DNA of 62,152 nucleotides, filler included, from Klebsormidium nitens (taxonomy: Eukaryota > Plantae > Klebsormidiophyceae): NCBI GenBank assembly GCA_000708835.1. It is 7 parts of 7 records of this genome, joined end to end, with 100 filler letters (N's around TTAATTAATTAA, not from the genome) between each part and the next. Parts side by side here need not be neighbours in the genome. Positions count along the whole stretch, not along the records: positions 1 to 29,916 come from DF237776.1; 6 more parts are not named here. One strand, given 5' to 3'. Positions 11,576 through 24,000 of the stretch are shown piece after piece. A program made the position numbers and the translations under genes. The notes beneath the pieces were generated by a model, which saw only the letters and a program-made list of their open reading frames with translations, ran no database searches and was not told the DNA's origin. The stretch's first letter is position 1. Every line of letters begins with the position of its first letter.

Positions 11576-14500
11576 TTACTCTAGCACCTTAAACGTAAAG
11601 CTCGACTGGTCTTGGAACTCCTTGGGCACTTTCCCCTCGCAGTAACTCTGGCTGCACAGATTGAAGTTCAAGTTCACTTCCTTGAACCGCATCCCAACAA
11701 TCCGCTTCTCGTCAACCGCGCAGAACGCATTGTGGCGCTTGTCCGGCTTTTCTAGCCGGAGCAACAGTTCGTAAACCCCGAGCCCGCACTGGGGGTTATT
11801 GAGCAGTGCCTCAAACTCCCTGAAGCCGAGAAGCACTTCGCCCATCTCCTTCCCGTCGCCCGGGAGAGGTGAACCGGGCAGGAGCACCGTGCGCAGAGAC
11901 CGCAGGAACTCGTACACGTCAGCTTGCGGAACCTGAGGCAAACGCGGAAGCGATGGGGTTGGAAGGATGTGAGAACGCATCAGAGGCTTGCGTGACGCCC
12001 TCGTCAGGGGCCGCGATGAAGTGAAGGGAAGGGATGAGGTAAAAACCCGTTTCGACAACACGTCAAAGGCTTGCGTGACAGTCACAGTTGGTTCCTCGTT
12101 GGCTCACAACTCGAGAAGAAAGCTTGATTTGGATGCAAAGTCATGAACAGGTATATAAAAGGTCCCCTCCTAAACGAGGGGCAAGTACTGTCAAGCGACC
12201 CAATCAGGAGAGAACACGCTTGCAGAGACCTGTGCTAGAAGGCGCCGACGGTTTCATAACAGAACTTAATTTGAGAGCAGGAAGGCAGAAAGAAAGGCTG
12301 ACGCTTTGCAACCGATAAAGTTCCGTCCGTCAACAGCATATCGTGGCGACCAGAGCAAGCCTCCGGCCCCTCACCTGGTCGCCCTGCCGGCCCGACCGGT
12401 GCACGAGCACCTTGAACGCCACCTGCTTGCGCTCGCTCGCGGGCCCTTCCGCCGCGAGCAGGCTCGCGATTGCGAGAACGATCCCGAGGTCAACGGAGTC
12501 TCGCTTGGTTTCCAGCGGCGTGAGGACCGTCGAGTTGAAGGCGCGCATCGCGAGGGGGAACATGAGGGGGAAGCGCTCGGGAGAGAGGGAGTGGAGGATG
12601 CGCTGGAAGACCAGCTCCGCCTGCGCCTTGGTCATGGGCTGCGGGGAAAAAGGGTGACGTCGTCAGGTACGAGACGCATGACGTCAGCGACAGAGTCAAG
12701 GCTTCAGCTCGATGCGCATCCCAAAGCTGATAGCCAGCTGAATGCTGCTTGAGGCGAGCAAGTAGCAGACGAAGATTCTGATTGTGAAGAGAAAATTGTT
12801 AGTTTCGGATACCGGATCGAATATTGCACGGGTTCCAGACACAAACTAGCGCCTTGGATATGACTTCCGACTAGAAGTCAGGAACTCGCAAGATTGGCTC
12901 GCTTATTTCAGCTCCTTACATTGTCACGTGTACACGCCTTACCAAGTCCACGTGTACACGCCTTACCAAATCCATGTGTACACGCCTTACCAAATATCAT
13001 AATAAACCTGTTCGTGGCAAACCATCTGCCGGCTGACGGCCAACGGCTTACGGAACTCAGGAGAGGCTTAATTAATGACTTGCGGGCATCCATGAGACCA
13101 AACGACGACTTACTTGTTGGAGCGCTGGCGTCGACTCCCGCAAGATGTCCCGGGGGGCCACCCGGTCGAGGTGGCTGGCGCGCTGGAACGCCCGGATCTC
13201 GAGCGCCTGGGAGAGGTCCACCGGTGAAGGAGTGGTCCCGTTGGCCTGGTTGAACGTGCTGGAGAAACCGGGGGCAGGGCCGAGTTCGCCGTTCGCGATG
13301 TCCTTGTCTGTGGGAAAAGACGAGGCAAAAATGTTCAAAATGGATATGAACAGTCGACATAGTTACAACCGAGACAAGAGAAGTGAAAAGCTGGCCCGGT
13401 TGAACGTGCTGGGGGAACAAGAGGCGGGGCCGAGCGCGCAACGTCCTTGTCTGGAAGAGAGATGGAGCAAACCGTTTGAATACGCGAGAAGCGGCTTCCA
13501 AAATCCATTGGAAGGGGCTCGGAAACATCGGTTCCGGTGTCCTTCTTTGAGGGAAACACAACTGTAAGAGAAGGGGGAAACAGAGACAAGAGAAACAAAA
13601 AGTTGGCCCGGTTGAACGTGCTGGAGAAGCCACGGGCGGGCCAAGTGCGCCGGTTGCAGTGTGCTTGTCTGCAGGGAGCATAGCAAAGCAGGCGTCTGCA
13701 GTCGCTCGCGCGCTTGGTTGGACAGCAACGAAGTAGAGATTGGATTATGCATTGAACGATGCTAGCTGGTGAGCTCGCTCCATTTACACCCTTCATTGAA
13801 GCTGCCGCCCCTTCTGAGATGATTCGGTAGGAGGAAGGGACGACTGACGATGAGCGGGGACGTACAAAAACCAGCTGCGCCTTGACCGTAGTGTTCTTCT
13901 CTTGAGCCGCGGGAGAAAAGTTAGATCAGTCGGAAAACTAGATAGGGCCGGAAAAGAGAATAGTGTCGGTTGCACAGGAGACGTTGGAGTGACGGACTGA
14001 AGAGGGTGGCAAAAAAGGGTAAGCAGAAAACCCAAACCATGGGACCCCGGAAAGGGCTATGACTCTGTTGGAAAGGCCAACTACCACTTACATTGATTGG
14101 GACCCCGGAAAGGGCTATGACTCTGTTGGAAAGGCCAACTACCACTTACATTGATACAGGAGACAAGCCAGTGCAAACATTCCGGACAGGACCAAGGCGT
14201 ATCGAAACAGGGGTTAAATACCTCAGAAGCCAAGGAAGAACTGCGGTCCTGACCGTTCACTGCACTCGTGGACGGCTCCGCCGCAATTTCCAAGTCCCCC
14301 AGCGCCGCGCTGGGGCTCTTCTTCTTGCGAGAGGCCGCTTAAGAATCATATGATTACAATACGAGGGGAAAAATTGCTCAAAAGCCAAACAAGGAAAACC
14401 GCGTACCTGGCCCGTTCACTGCACTCGTGGACGGCTCTGCCGCGATTTCCAGGTCCCCGAGCGCCGCGTTGGCGCTCTTCTTCTTGCGGGAGAGCCGCTT

Positions 14501-17500
14501 GAGGTGCTCGATGGTGTCGTGGATCTCGATGCGCTCCTCCAAATGCAGCGCCGCCACGAGAACTGTCTGCGCCTCGGCGGTCGAGTCGAGCCCGATGAGC
14601 GCGACGGCAAGGTTCAGCATAGCCTTCCAGTCAGTCGGCCGGGCTTTGAGCACCTGTAAAGAGAACCTTTCTGTGAGAAAGATGTGGCTGTCGCTCTCAG
14701 GAAGTCTGCGGGCTTTGAGTATCTCCGGTATGGAGATTGGCGGTCGAGTCGAGCTCGATGAGTGCGACGGCCGGGTTCAGCATAGCCTTCAGGTCGGTCG
14801 GCCGGGCTTTGAGCACCTGCGAAATATTGAATTTTTGTAAACATTAGGATGTGGCTGTGGCTTTGTTGAGTTTTGCAAAATTTAAGCGTCTGCAGCACGG
14901 AGATCCGCGGTCGAGTCGAGCCCGATGAGCGCGACCACGAGGTTCAGCATGGCCTTCCGGTCGCTCGGCCGGGCTTTGAGCACCTGTGAAATATCAAGTT
15001 TTCATGAGAATTAGGATTTGTCTATGCATTTATTCAAAGTCGCAAAAATCGAGCTTATCCGATGCGAAGATCAGCGGTCGAGTCGAGTCCAATAAGCGCG
15101 TCCGCAAGATTCAGCATGGCCTTTCAGTCGGACGGCCGGGCCTTCAGAACCTGCAAAGAGATTGCCCTTTGGGGTTCAAGAATGATAGAAAGAAAGGCAT
15201 CCGAAACCGGGGAGTCTCTGAACAGGTCTTGACGAATAAGACCGAACACGTTGCTCTTGTGGTAATCTACAGCGCCTCAATTGATTGGCATCCACGTTCC
15301 CCCAAACGGCCGCGTTGCTGCCCGCAAATGCCTTGTGACAGCTCCGGCCCGATTATCCTTCCCCTTCTTCCCCAACCGCCGAGCTTCTGGCACCCACAGT
15401 CTTCGATCAATCTCACTATGGCCGAACCCGTGGCTGGCACTTGATATTGTCCAGGTCCACACGACTTTCAGGCGCGCTTTCAACAGGGCACACGGCTTTT
15501 GGGTACTTAAACCGAGGGCGTGAGACTCCATGGGACACTCGTGCATCTGAGTCCTGAGGGAAATTTACACCCGACGGCCCAGAATCCATCGCAGAATTTT
15601 TCCTGAGCGACCATCTGGCTCTACGGGCACTTTGCTGGTCGCCGAAGGGGGACCGATCCCCACGACGCCCTCTTTCAAGCCACCACGAACACTTTTAAGC
15701 CCTCTGAACTTCTGACATGGGTTCTTCTCTGGGCGCTATTCCAGTCTGATCATTCTAGACTGATCTGCTAAGCTCCAGACGCTCTACTGGGATTCTGAAA
15801 CGCTTGGGAAGACAGCGGGTTCGACTTGAACAGATAGTTACGCTTCTTTTCACTGGCTCTTCTACAGTCTTGCGATCTCTGCACTCGTCCTTAGTGCACA
15901 CGTAAATGGAGATCTCAGCAGGCCTTTTCACGAAAACTGTCTCGTTCCTTTTTCGTTCCTCTGAACACCATACTCGTTCTTCCCTATGTTTCCAGCTTCT
16001 CCAGATTTTAGAGGCCCTTCTTTTGGAAACCGAAGTAGGGTCACTTGCATAAGCTTTTCCAAGTTTTCCTCACCTCCCGGTACATCTTCTCCGCCCCCTT
16101 GAAGTCGCCCATGTCCCGCAACAAATTCCCGTAGTTGTACTTCACGTCAATGTCGCCCGGGGCCAGCTTCAGGGCGTCCGTCATCTCCATCTTCGCCGCC
16201 CTATGGTCGCCCATTTGGTGCAAAACCGACGCCAGCTCGACGTGCGCGTCGGCAAAGTCCGCGTTTAGGTAGAGGGAGTGCTCGAGCGAGTCTTTGGCGT
16301 CTTTGAGATCGCCGAGCGCGAGCTGCGCGCCGCTGAGGAGCTTCAGCACGCGGAAGTGCTTCTGGTTGAGGCGCGCAGCGTCTTGGTAGTGCTCGCGCGC
16401 GGCGAAGAGGAGGCCCTGCGACTCGAGCACGATGCCCAGGTTCGTGTGCACCTGTGCGGGGGAATTTAGTAATGTTTAGGGTTTGTATTCCGTCCTCATC
16501 AGCTTTTATTCGTAATTTAATTGAGGCGCGCAGCATCTTGGTAACGAGGAGGCCCTGCGACTCGAGCACGGTGCTCAGGTTCGTGTGCACATTTTGGGGG
16601 AACAAAGACTCTCGAGTCCACAGCCTCTTTTTGTCTTCACCAAAGCGTATTTGCGTCTTCATTAGTTTAGGAGTGGATTTCAACTTGACGCACACAGCGT
16701 CTTGGTAGTGCTCGCGCACCAAAAGCTTCTTCGTGAGATGTTCAGAGATTCAGTGCACGCCTCACCTGCGCTAGAAGATCTTTCGACGCCTCTCCCGGAG
16801 TATTCCGTTCCCCCTGCAGCGCCCGCTCGTACGACGACTGCGCCTCGGTGATCGCATTGATGGCGTAGTACGAGTTGCCCGTGCGGAAGTGCGCAAGGAC
16901 ATCGTCCAGCTTCAGGTTAGTCGCCTTCACGAAGCTCGTGATCGCCTCGCCGTGCTTCTCGTGCTGCGCCAGCATCTGGCCCATCGCCATATGTGCCCTG
17001 GAGAGCATTGATTGACATTATCAGGATGCAGGGAGACTTAGCCAGTCCCAGAAGCTGCAGACTGGTTTACGGTGATCGTTAGCCGCACTGGGGTCAATCA
17101 ACCAACGAGCTTGGCATCTCATATGCATAAGGCGCCGTTCCTTCAGTGGAACATCTTATTTGAACAACGGCGCAGTTTCAAAGGATGTTGAACGACCAGC
17201 GGAACTGGTTCTCGCCTGAGCTTTATTCGTCCTAAGGTGATTCATCGTCTAACGTCAAGGATGAAACTGCAACTTCGACGTTGGTGTTGACTCTCAGCTT
17301 TCAGCAAGGTACCACCAACAACTAGAATGTCCTCCCCCTTGGAAGTTTTGCAAGAAGGTTTCAGTATGAGGTTAATGGATTCTCGCTTTCGAAGCAGGAA
17401 ATCTGCTGAGGTTAGTAGGGGGTTAGTCGCTCAAGTTTCGATCTCGGTCAACGCGGTCAACCCGGTAAGGGTTTCGGCCAATAGGATCACGAATTAAAAT

Positions 17501-20020
17501 GCCTTTTTTGAACATGTCATGTCAATAAGGGAGGCAACCATTCCGGAACACACCTGAACGCCTCGTCGAGGGGCGTGAAACGGTCCGCCCGTTTCCGCAG
17601 CTCCACGAGCCCCCGCGCGAGCTCCTTGGGATCCAAGCCTGCCTGTGCCTTGACACTCTCCCCGTAGTGCGGCCTCGACACCTTGTGCCTCCGCAGGAGC
17701 AGCTGCAAGTCTTCCAGCAGCTTGCGCGTCTGCTCGTGGGCTGGGCCGTCTCCGTCTTCAATGTCAATCTGCGAGAGAGAGAACGTTTGTCCGTTTGGTT
17801 TGGTTTGCTTGCTTCTCTCCAGATGTTCTGCTGCTTACTGATATTGTTGTTGTTCGTCTCTTTGTTCCAGTCACAGGAGTAGACTTGAACCAGCAGCTTG
17901 CTTGTTTGCTCGTTCGCCGGAATCTTTGAAACCGGCCAATGGCGTGATGCTAGAAGCACCAAATCGACTCAAGTCTCTTTCACTCAACCTGAATATTTTG
18001 AGAAGCAGAAAGCGAGGGCCAAGAGCCCCCGGGTTTAACAGTTCGGGGCCTGTAATCGTCTCCTAGCCAAGATTTGACCGCAGGAAGCCGAGGCACTCTA
18101 TATACTTTTTGAAAACCATGAGACGTGTCAGCTGTCAAAGCCATCGGACTTGACAGGACCTTTTTGACAGACGTGTTGCTACAGGCGACACACACCTTGA
18201 AGTCGGTCATCATGGACTGGGGCGGCTTCTTCTTGGTGTCAAAGCCCCCCACGATGCTGCCCATCTGCAGATTGAGCGCTTCAAAGTCGCGGTCGACGTC
18301 ACCCGCTCCATCGTCGTACGTGCGCTTGAGGCCGTCCAGGCTGAGGCCCCGCTCGGGGATGATGAACTCCCCGTACGTACGGAACACCTGAAAACAGAAG
18401 CGTCATCAGCAAGTTGAAGTCGTTGCCTTATTTCCTTAACCTGATGATTCTGTTGCGCTTTCGTGATTGTTTAACAGAACTCGACAACCACCGAGATTGT
18501 CCAAAGTTGTCCAGAATCAGCCCTCGTTCAGGTACACGGAAGGTTGGACAGAATGTCAAGAGCGGCACCGATGCTGTGACCAACAGCCTGCGTGCGGTTT
18601 TTCCAAACCGCAGGCATCTCTGGTCTGCTTGGACCAGGTCCTTTAAGGACTTGCGAATGGTTATTGCCTTCCCAAAGGAGGGTCCATTCCAGGCTTGTAG
18701 GTCTCAACACCGCTTTAATAGCCTTTTGCCTGGGAAATCTGTGACCAGAAACAGCAGACTTTAGAGTCCGCCCCAAAATAAACTTGGAGGGCGTGTTAAA
18801 CAATCTCCAGTCCTTCCTACCACCCCACTTAGAGCTGTAAACGTTACTTCCCCTTGCAACTCAAAGCTGCTCAGTACTTGTTTCTGTGAAACCCAAACGA
18901 TCATTGTAGAATCATCGAGATACACGCCCTTCGTGTGAGAAAAATGACAAATGTTGCGTCCTGATATCTCCTCTTCTGGCCACTTTGCATATCTACAGAG
19001 GGGCAGGGTATGGGGTGGTAAACTGTCACATCTAGAAACCTGGGCAAAGACAACCACCATCAGACCTGCCTTTCCGACATACACACTCCTGACCAATACC
19101 ATGACATAAAGATGATAACTGAATACTGCCTTCCTGTGGAGAAAGACTTCTTTCAATTATGTCTAACAAGAGGTTCTGTTTTGAAACCCATGCACCGTAT
19201 AGTACTTCATTACAATGTTGCTAGTGGAACTGTTTGCATGTGGTGTGCCTGTAGGGAACCTTGTAAGGACAGCCCGTACAATGCATTTTGCACTGCCAAC
19301 TTGAAGCTGCTGCAATTGGCACCTAACAAGTTTGAACCGCCAGAATCCTTTTCAGAGTTTCCAATATGCGCCGGAGGATAGAAGAGAAGTTTATGGTAGG
19401 TACATCGGAGGCAGACGACCATAATGGGTCACATTCTGAAGTATCAAGCAACGATAGTAGATTGTCTGCAAACATTTGGAAAACATGAAAAAAGAAGAGC
19501 GCGGGGTAAATTCGACCAAGTGCGAACAGTTGAAAGTAGAATGAAAGGGGCAAGAACATAGCAAAGGAATGATGGTGGCCAGCTGACGCCTCCTGAGAGG
19601 CACTGCACTTGGTTGACATTTTTATCACCCACCGGACTTTCAGACGCACGGAGGAGACAAGATTTTATGTCTTGGGGTGAGAACAGCTGCATGTCACAGA
19701 GCTCGGGAAGAAGACACCACCGCAATCTACCAAGAAAGTAATATGCCACAGTTCTTAACCAGCATTGCATGGTTCCCAGCAAAGAGAACCAAAAAAGACA
19801 TTAGGGACCGACATACCTCATCCAGGATGGCCTTGATTTGATCCTCGCTGAACTTGACCCTCGGGTTGACAGCGATGACCAGGTTTGCCATCTCCTCTTT
19901 GCTGAGCGCCCCATCTTTGTTCCGGTCAAACTTGTTAAAGATCTGCTGCACTTTCTGGGCGCGCCTGCTTCCTGACGCAGGAGTCCTCGGCGTGTCGGGC
20001 TCTGACACTTCTGACGCCAT
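11576..20020 (-). CDS. EF-hand/TPR-repeat protein, Arabidopsis At1g05150-like (~760 aa, 9 exons)
   Basis: Phase-consistent exons 20020-19817, 18387-18196, 17768-17554, 16997-16766, 16451-16074, 14653-14407, 13307-13114, 12638-12375, 11932-11576 (2283 nt). EF-hand DRNKDGALSKEE, family motif RTYDDGAGDVDRDFEAL, TPRs, ALEIRAFQR, VDLGIVLA and C-terminal GMRFKE..NLC..CEGKVP. Confidence 0.9.
12925..12995. repeat. 24-bp intronic tandem repeat x3
   Basis: cacgtgtacacgccttaccaa(g/a)tc three times, nearly identical. Confidence 0.9.
13240..13671 (-). repeat. Degenerate copies of the TPR exon-7 splice acceptor plus exon start
   Basis: cag|acaag...ccagcacgttcaacc recurs with acceptor CAG at 13310 (real), 13453 and 13671. 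Confidence 0.85.
14040..14155. repeat. Perfect 58-bp tandem duplication (intronic)
   Basis: 14040-14097 is identical to 14098-14155. Confidence 0.95.
14241..14343 (-). repeat. Copy of the TPR exon-6 3' end with the donor mutated
   Basis: Matches about 14400-14500 (KKK..AALGDLEIAAEPSTSAVNG). The donor ag|gtacgc has become ag|gaccgc. Confidence 0.9.
14570..15153 (-). repeat. About 165-bp tandem array of the TPR exon-6 acceptor plus first ~85 nt (4 units including the real one)
   Basis: cag|gt(g/t)ct(c/g)aa(a/g)gcccggccg...ctcgactcgaccgc with CAG at 14656 (real), 14819, 14986 and 15153; spacings 163, 167, 167. Confidence 0.92.
16520..16720 (-). repeat. Partial copies of the TPR exon-5 start in intron 4
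   Basis: gtgcacacgaacctgagcaccgtgctcgagtcgcagggcctcctc with its acceptor lost, and gcgcgagcactaccaagacgctg, both duplicate exon 5. Confidence 0.85.
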
Positions 20021-20806
20021 CGCTGCTCACAAACAAGCTCTCTGTTCCTAGTACACCTTAGAAACCTGGCCCGCAAAATGCCATTGTACCAGGCTGGAAT
20101 TTAATTGGGAGACCCGCCGCTTTGGAACTCTGCCCCAAGCGCTTGCCTAACTTTCAGAGCCTTGTTCTTCCGCCAACAGAAACAACAACCGGCTTTGCAG
20201 GATCGAGGGCTCCACCTATGGCTGGCAGCTTTCTGTCAGTCGCTGACCCTTTCTCCAGCATTCCCCCAAACGCGGCTACCGCTTAAAAACTGAGACATAT
20301 CAACACCACCTCTTGCTCCTTTCATGCAACAATCAAGGATGCTCCAAGACGGCTCCGTTCCCTTGCCCCTGCAATTCTCGACAGCTGAAATGCACCGGCG
20401 AAACCCCTTCTTCTCTGCGGCAAAGGAACACCTCTCTCTCCTTGGAATGCCCTCTTCGTTTTGAAATCCGGCAGCTTGCTCTACTTAACCAGCTTCTGCA
20501 TGCCACAGCTTTCTGCTACGCCTCTAGAGCGACAGCCCTGCCAGGGCGCCCCCCCTCTTCTTCAGTCTCTGCGAACTGCGTTGAAAGCAGGCTGGCGCAA
20601 ACTTTGCGGGCAAACTTCTTTTGGGGCAAGGCGCGAAGATGGCGGCGCACATGTCCGCGCTGGCCCGTTGGATCCTCCAGAGGCCGAGTCATCGGACGGC
20701 TCTTCAACTTCGCTTGCGTGAACCGTGCGATTTTGAACGGGTGGAATCGCAACGCAATGTGCACTGAACAACGAGATCGTGCACAATAACAAGCAGCAGC
20801 AATGTC

Positions 20807-20887
20807 AAAACCCTATATAAAATCCTAAGCTTTGGCCTGGTGCCAGCAGCTTTAGGGTTTGCCTCGGGAACCTCAAGGCTAGGGTTT
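20807..20887. promoter_or_regulatory. Telo-boxes plus TATA in the divergent region between the TPR and GH3 genes
   Basis: AAACCCTA at 20808 overlapping TATATAAAA; TAGGGTTT at 20853 and 20880. The flanking genes start at 20020 (-) and 21020 (+). Confidence 0.5.
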
Positions 20888-21019
20888 GACCCAAGTGCTT
20901 TTGAGCTGCCTTCGAGCTGCTCCTCCTCGCAAAATTCCAGCCAGTTTTTGAAGGCGATGGCAGCTAAAATTGGGCGCCAATTTCTTCAAGAACTGTTGTA
21001 AAGGGTGGAGTGAGACGTC

Positions 21020-24000
21020 ATGGCTCCTTCGAAGGAAGCGGAGACGTGGGACGAGGGCTGGGATCTTGACGACGATGACGCCAATGAAGAGGCGGGGCTT
21101 CTCGCTTCAGAAGAGGAGGCCATTCAGCAGCTCAGAGCAGAGCCGATTCAAGTCACCTCCCTGGTCCAGCAACAATACCGGTGTGCCTTCAAATTCATCA
21201 TATCATTTCTTTTGTCTTCCATTATTCTCTTTGCTTCTCGACCAGCTCTGATTCAGCCGTGACAGGCACGAACCTCTTCATCAGAACGGGCCATGACTAG
21301 CTTGCGACTATGTTATGAAAGACTCAGAGCTGTCTCAGAGCTGTAGCTACTTGGTGGCCTGGAAGCGCGGATCAATCTTGATTAGCCTTTACTAGATAAG
21401 CTTATTCTCCTCTCCTTGCAATCTTTCAACCGACTCCGATCCACTTGCATGCAAGAATTAGGGTTCCCAAAAACCTTTTCTTTTCGATCTGCAAAACTCG
21501 GTGGGGTCATCCGTCTCAATCAATCTATTGACGACCAGCAGAATCCATCTGAGAATCACTTCCAAACAGCTTTAAAAATGCAAAGCAAGGAGGAGTCTCT
21601 TTCATTCCAAGGGGATCCCCTTGGAAACCCTTGCTACCTATTTCCGGTTGACATGTTGACTACAGGAAACAGCTTCTTCCTTCCCTCAGCCCTATTGTCT
21701 TCTGCCACTGGTGGGTCTTTTCAGTTTTCTGATGAGTAAGGAAACTCAAGCCTTTGCTGAAGTTTCAGCAGAAACGGTCACCAAAATTGATCTCGGGCTG
21801 AGCTCGAGTTGAAGTTTCCATTGAGAAACTGGAGTTGAAGTTTCCGTTGAGAAACTGGAGTCCGCAATCAGTTACTTCAGTCTCCCAACACAAGAGGGTG
21901 CAGATTCTCAGGCAGAAAATCAACGGAAGAGCTTCAATATGGATCGAACTGCTGAGCTGCACTTACGCCTTGAGCGGGGCCCGTTCCATGGCACCACTGC
22001 CGAGCTGACGTCATGTTAAATCACCGCCACCCCCCCCTTACAGGAAGGAGATGGAGAAGAAGCGAACGAAGCTCCTGGTGGCGCTCATCGTCCCAGTCCT
22101 GCTCATCGTTCTTGTGTGGAACCTGCTGGGGGGGGGGACGTCTAGTAATCTGCACAAGACTGCACAGAACTGCGTAACTGGGGCTTACGACCGTGAGTAG
22201 TTTCTCAAAAAAGTTTAGTTGTTCGGTCAAACTTCTGACCTCGTCTGATAGTCGCTTTTTTTGTGAAACAGCACTGAAAGTCAAGGGGAAAGGGCAGTTT
22301 CCGGGTGGGTTTAATATGTGGTTCATGTATCTTTCGTCCTCAAATTGCGTGTCTCTACCTTGAAGGGTCATCAATGGAAGCTTTGTCCAATATAAAGTAC
22401 TGTGTAGATGATTGAAGCTTTTGATTGGAGCGGGTCGCAGGATTTGCAATGTTCTTTAGGGAGCCACATTCTCAACCTTTTATGAGTCAGACAGTCAGTT
22501 GAAAGTTGCAGAAACTTGGGAGCTGTTGATCTGCTGCCATTCATTCTTCCGATCTTATCATCGATCTGGTTGTTTCGGTCTCCAACTGTATAGACCGAGT
22601 AATCCCGACGTTCTTTGCAATGAGTCAGTGATGAGAGTCTTTCGCTCAAAGAACGGGGTTGAAATCTTGAACGAATCCACCGAATCGACTCTCTACCAGA
22701 TCAAGTCTTTCAAATGTCTCATCTCATTGGAAGCCGCACAGATTGATGGAGTATATGGTCGAAGAATTCTCTGTACATCTAGCTGCTTACAGGCATTCTG
22801 GTGTACCTTGAGATCAATATTGAAATATATTCGGTCCCTTTGCAGTGCCATACGAGCTGGAGATGATGGTGTGCTCCGACATGAGCCTCGAGGAGAAGGT
22901 CGGCCAAATGATGCTGCCGGCCCGAAACTGGATCAACCCAAACGGCAGTGACGTCACTAATTACTTCCTGGGCGGGGTCCTTTCGGGTGGCGGCTCTGTG
23001 CCCTCCGAAGGAAACGAGCCGAGCAAATGGGCCGATATGGTGGACACGTTTCAGGTGCGGTTTCCGGTCGTTACTCAAACGGAGAAACACTTTTTGATTG
23101 AAGTCATCTCAGTGGACGTCAGCTTTGAAGAAATTGGTATCTTCAATCGATACTCGGCCTGTGTGTTGAGGAGGACTCTTCCTGTATTATTCAGAGGGCC
23201 CGCTCCAGTGCTTCTTGCTGTCGTGGGTGAAAGGAAGCACACAACTACAAGGACGGTGTGTGGTATGTTGATAAGCTCCGCTATAGCTTTCGAATTGTCT
23301 GACGATCGTGGACTCAGAACTACTTGATCCGACCGTTTGCTTATGATAGCCATCGAGCAATCCCCAGGAACCTTTTTGTACCTTGGAATACGTTCACGAG
23401 CTTTAAGAGCTCAATAACATCACGACAACATCGTAAGTCGTAGGTTAAAACAGGGATTCGAAGAAGAGTGGGAGCAAGCGGTTTATAGAATCGATACCCA
23501 GCGAGCATCTTCTAATACCTCGAGATCGTCAGATCTAGGCAGAATACCAATTGTTAAGCTTAAGGCCAGCTTCGACCAACGGAATGATTCTGGTATACGG
23601 CCCAAATGCAGCCTTGAGTAACGTTCAAAAATTTCGACGAACTGCTATGAGCGAGCTAGGAGAGACGCTGTCTGCGTCCCTGATCCATAGCAAGTAGACT
23701 TTCTACTTCGAGCCCTCGACGGAAGGCAAAGAACAAATCTTGAAACGTCCCGAATGCTTCCTTTCTCGACCAAGTGGGTCCGCAGGTCGAAAGAACGAAC
23801 CCTTTCAATAATTTGCAGAGAGCGAGCTTGAAAACGCGGCTGCGCATACCCATGATCTACGGCATCGATGCGATTCACGGCCACAATACCGTCTATGGCG
23901 CGACTATCTTCCCGCACAACGTCGGCCTGGGAGCGACGAGGAACGCCTCCCTTGTAGGAATGGTGGGAGCGACTTCTCTTTTTTGCACATAGATTCGAGT

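Noticed and set aside
14040-15153. Regularly spaced repeats as a CRISPR array
   Set aside because: Units are diverged copies of the local exon/intron or a simple tandem duplication, with no constant repeat plus unique spacers and no cas genes.
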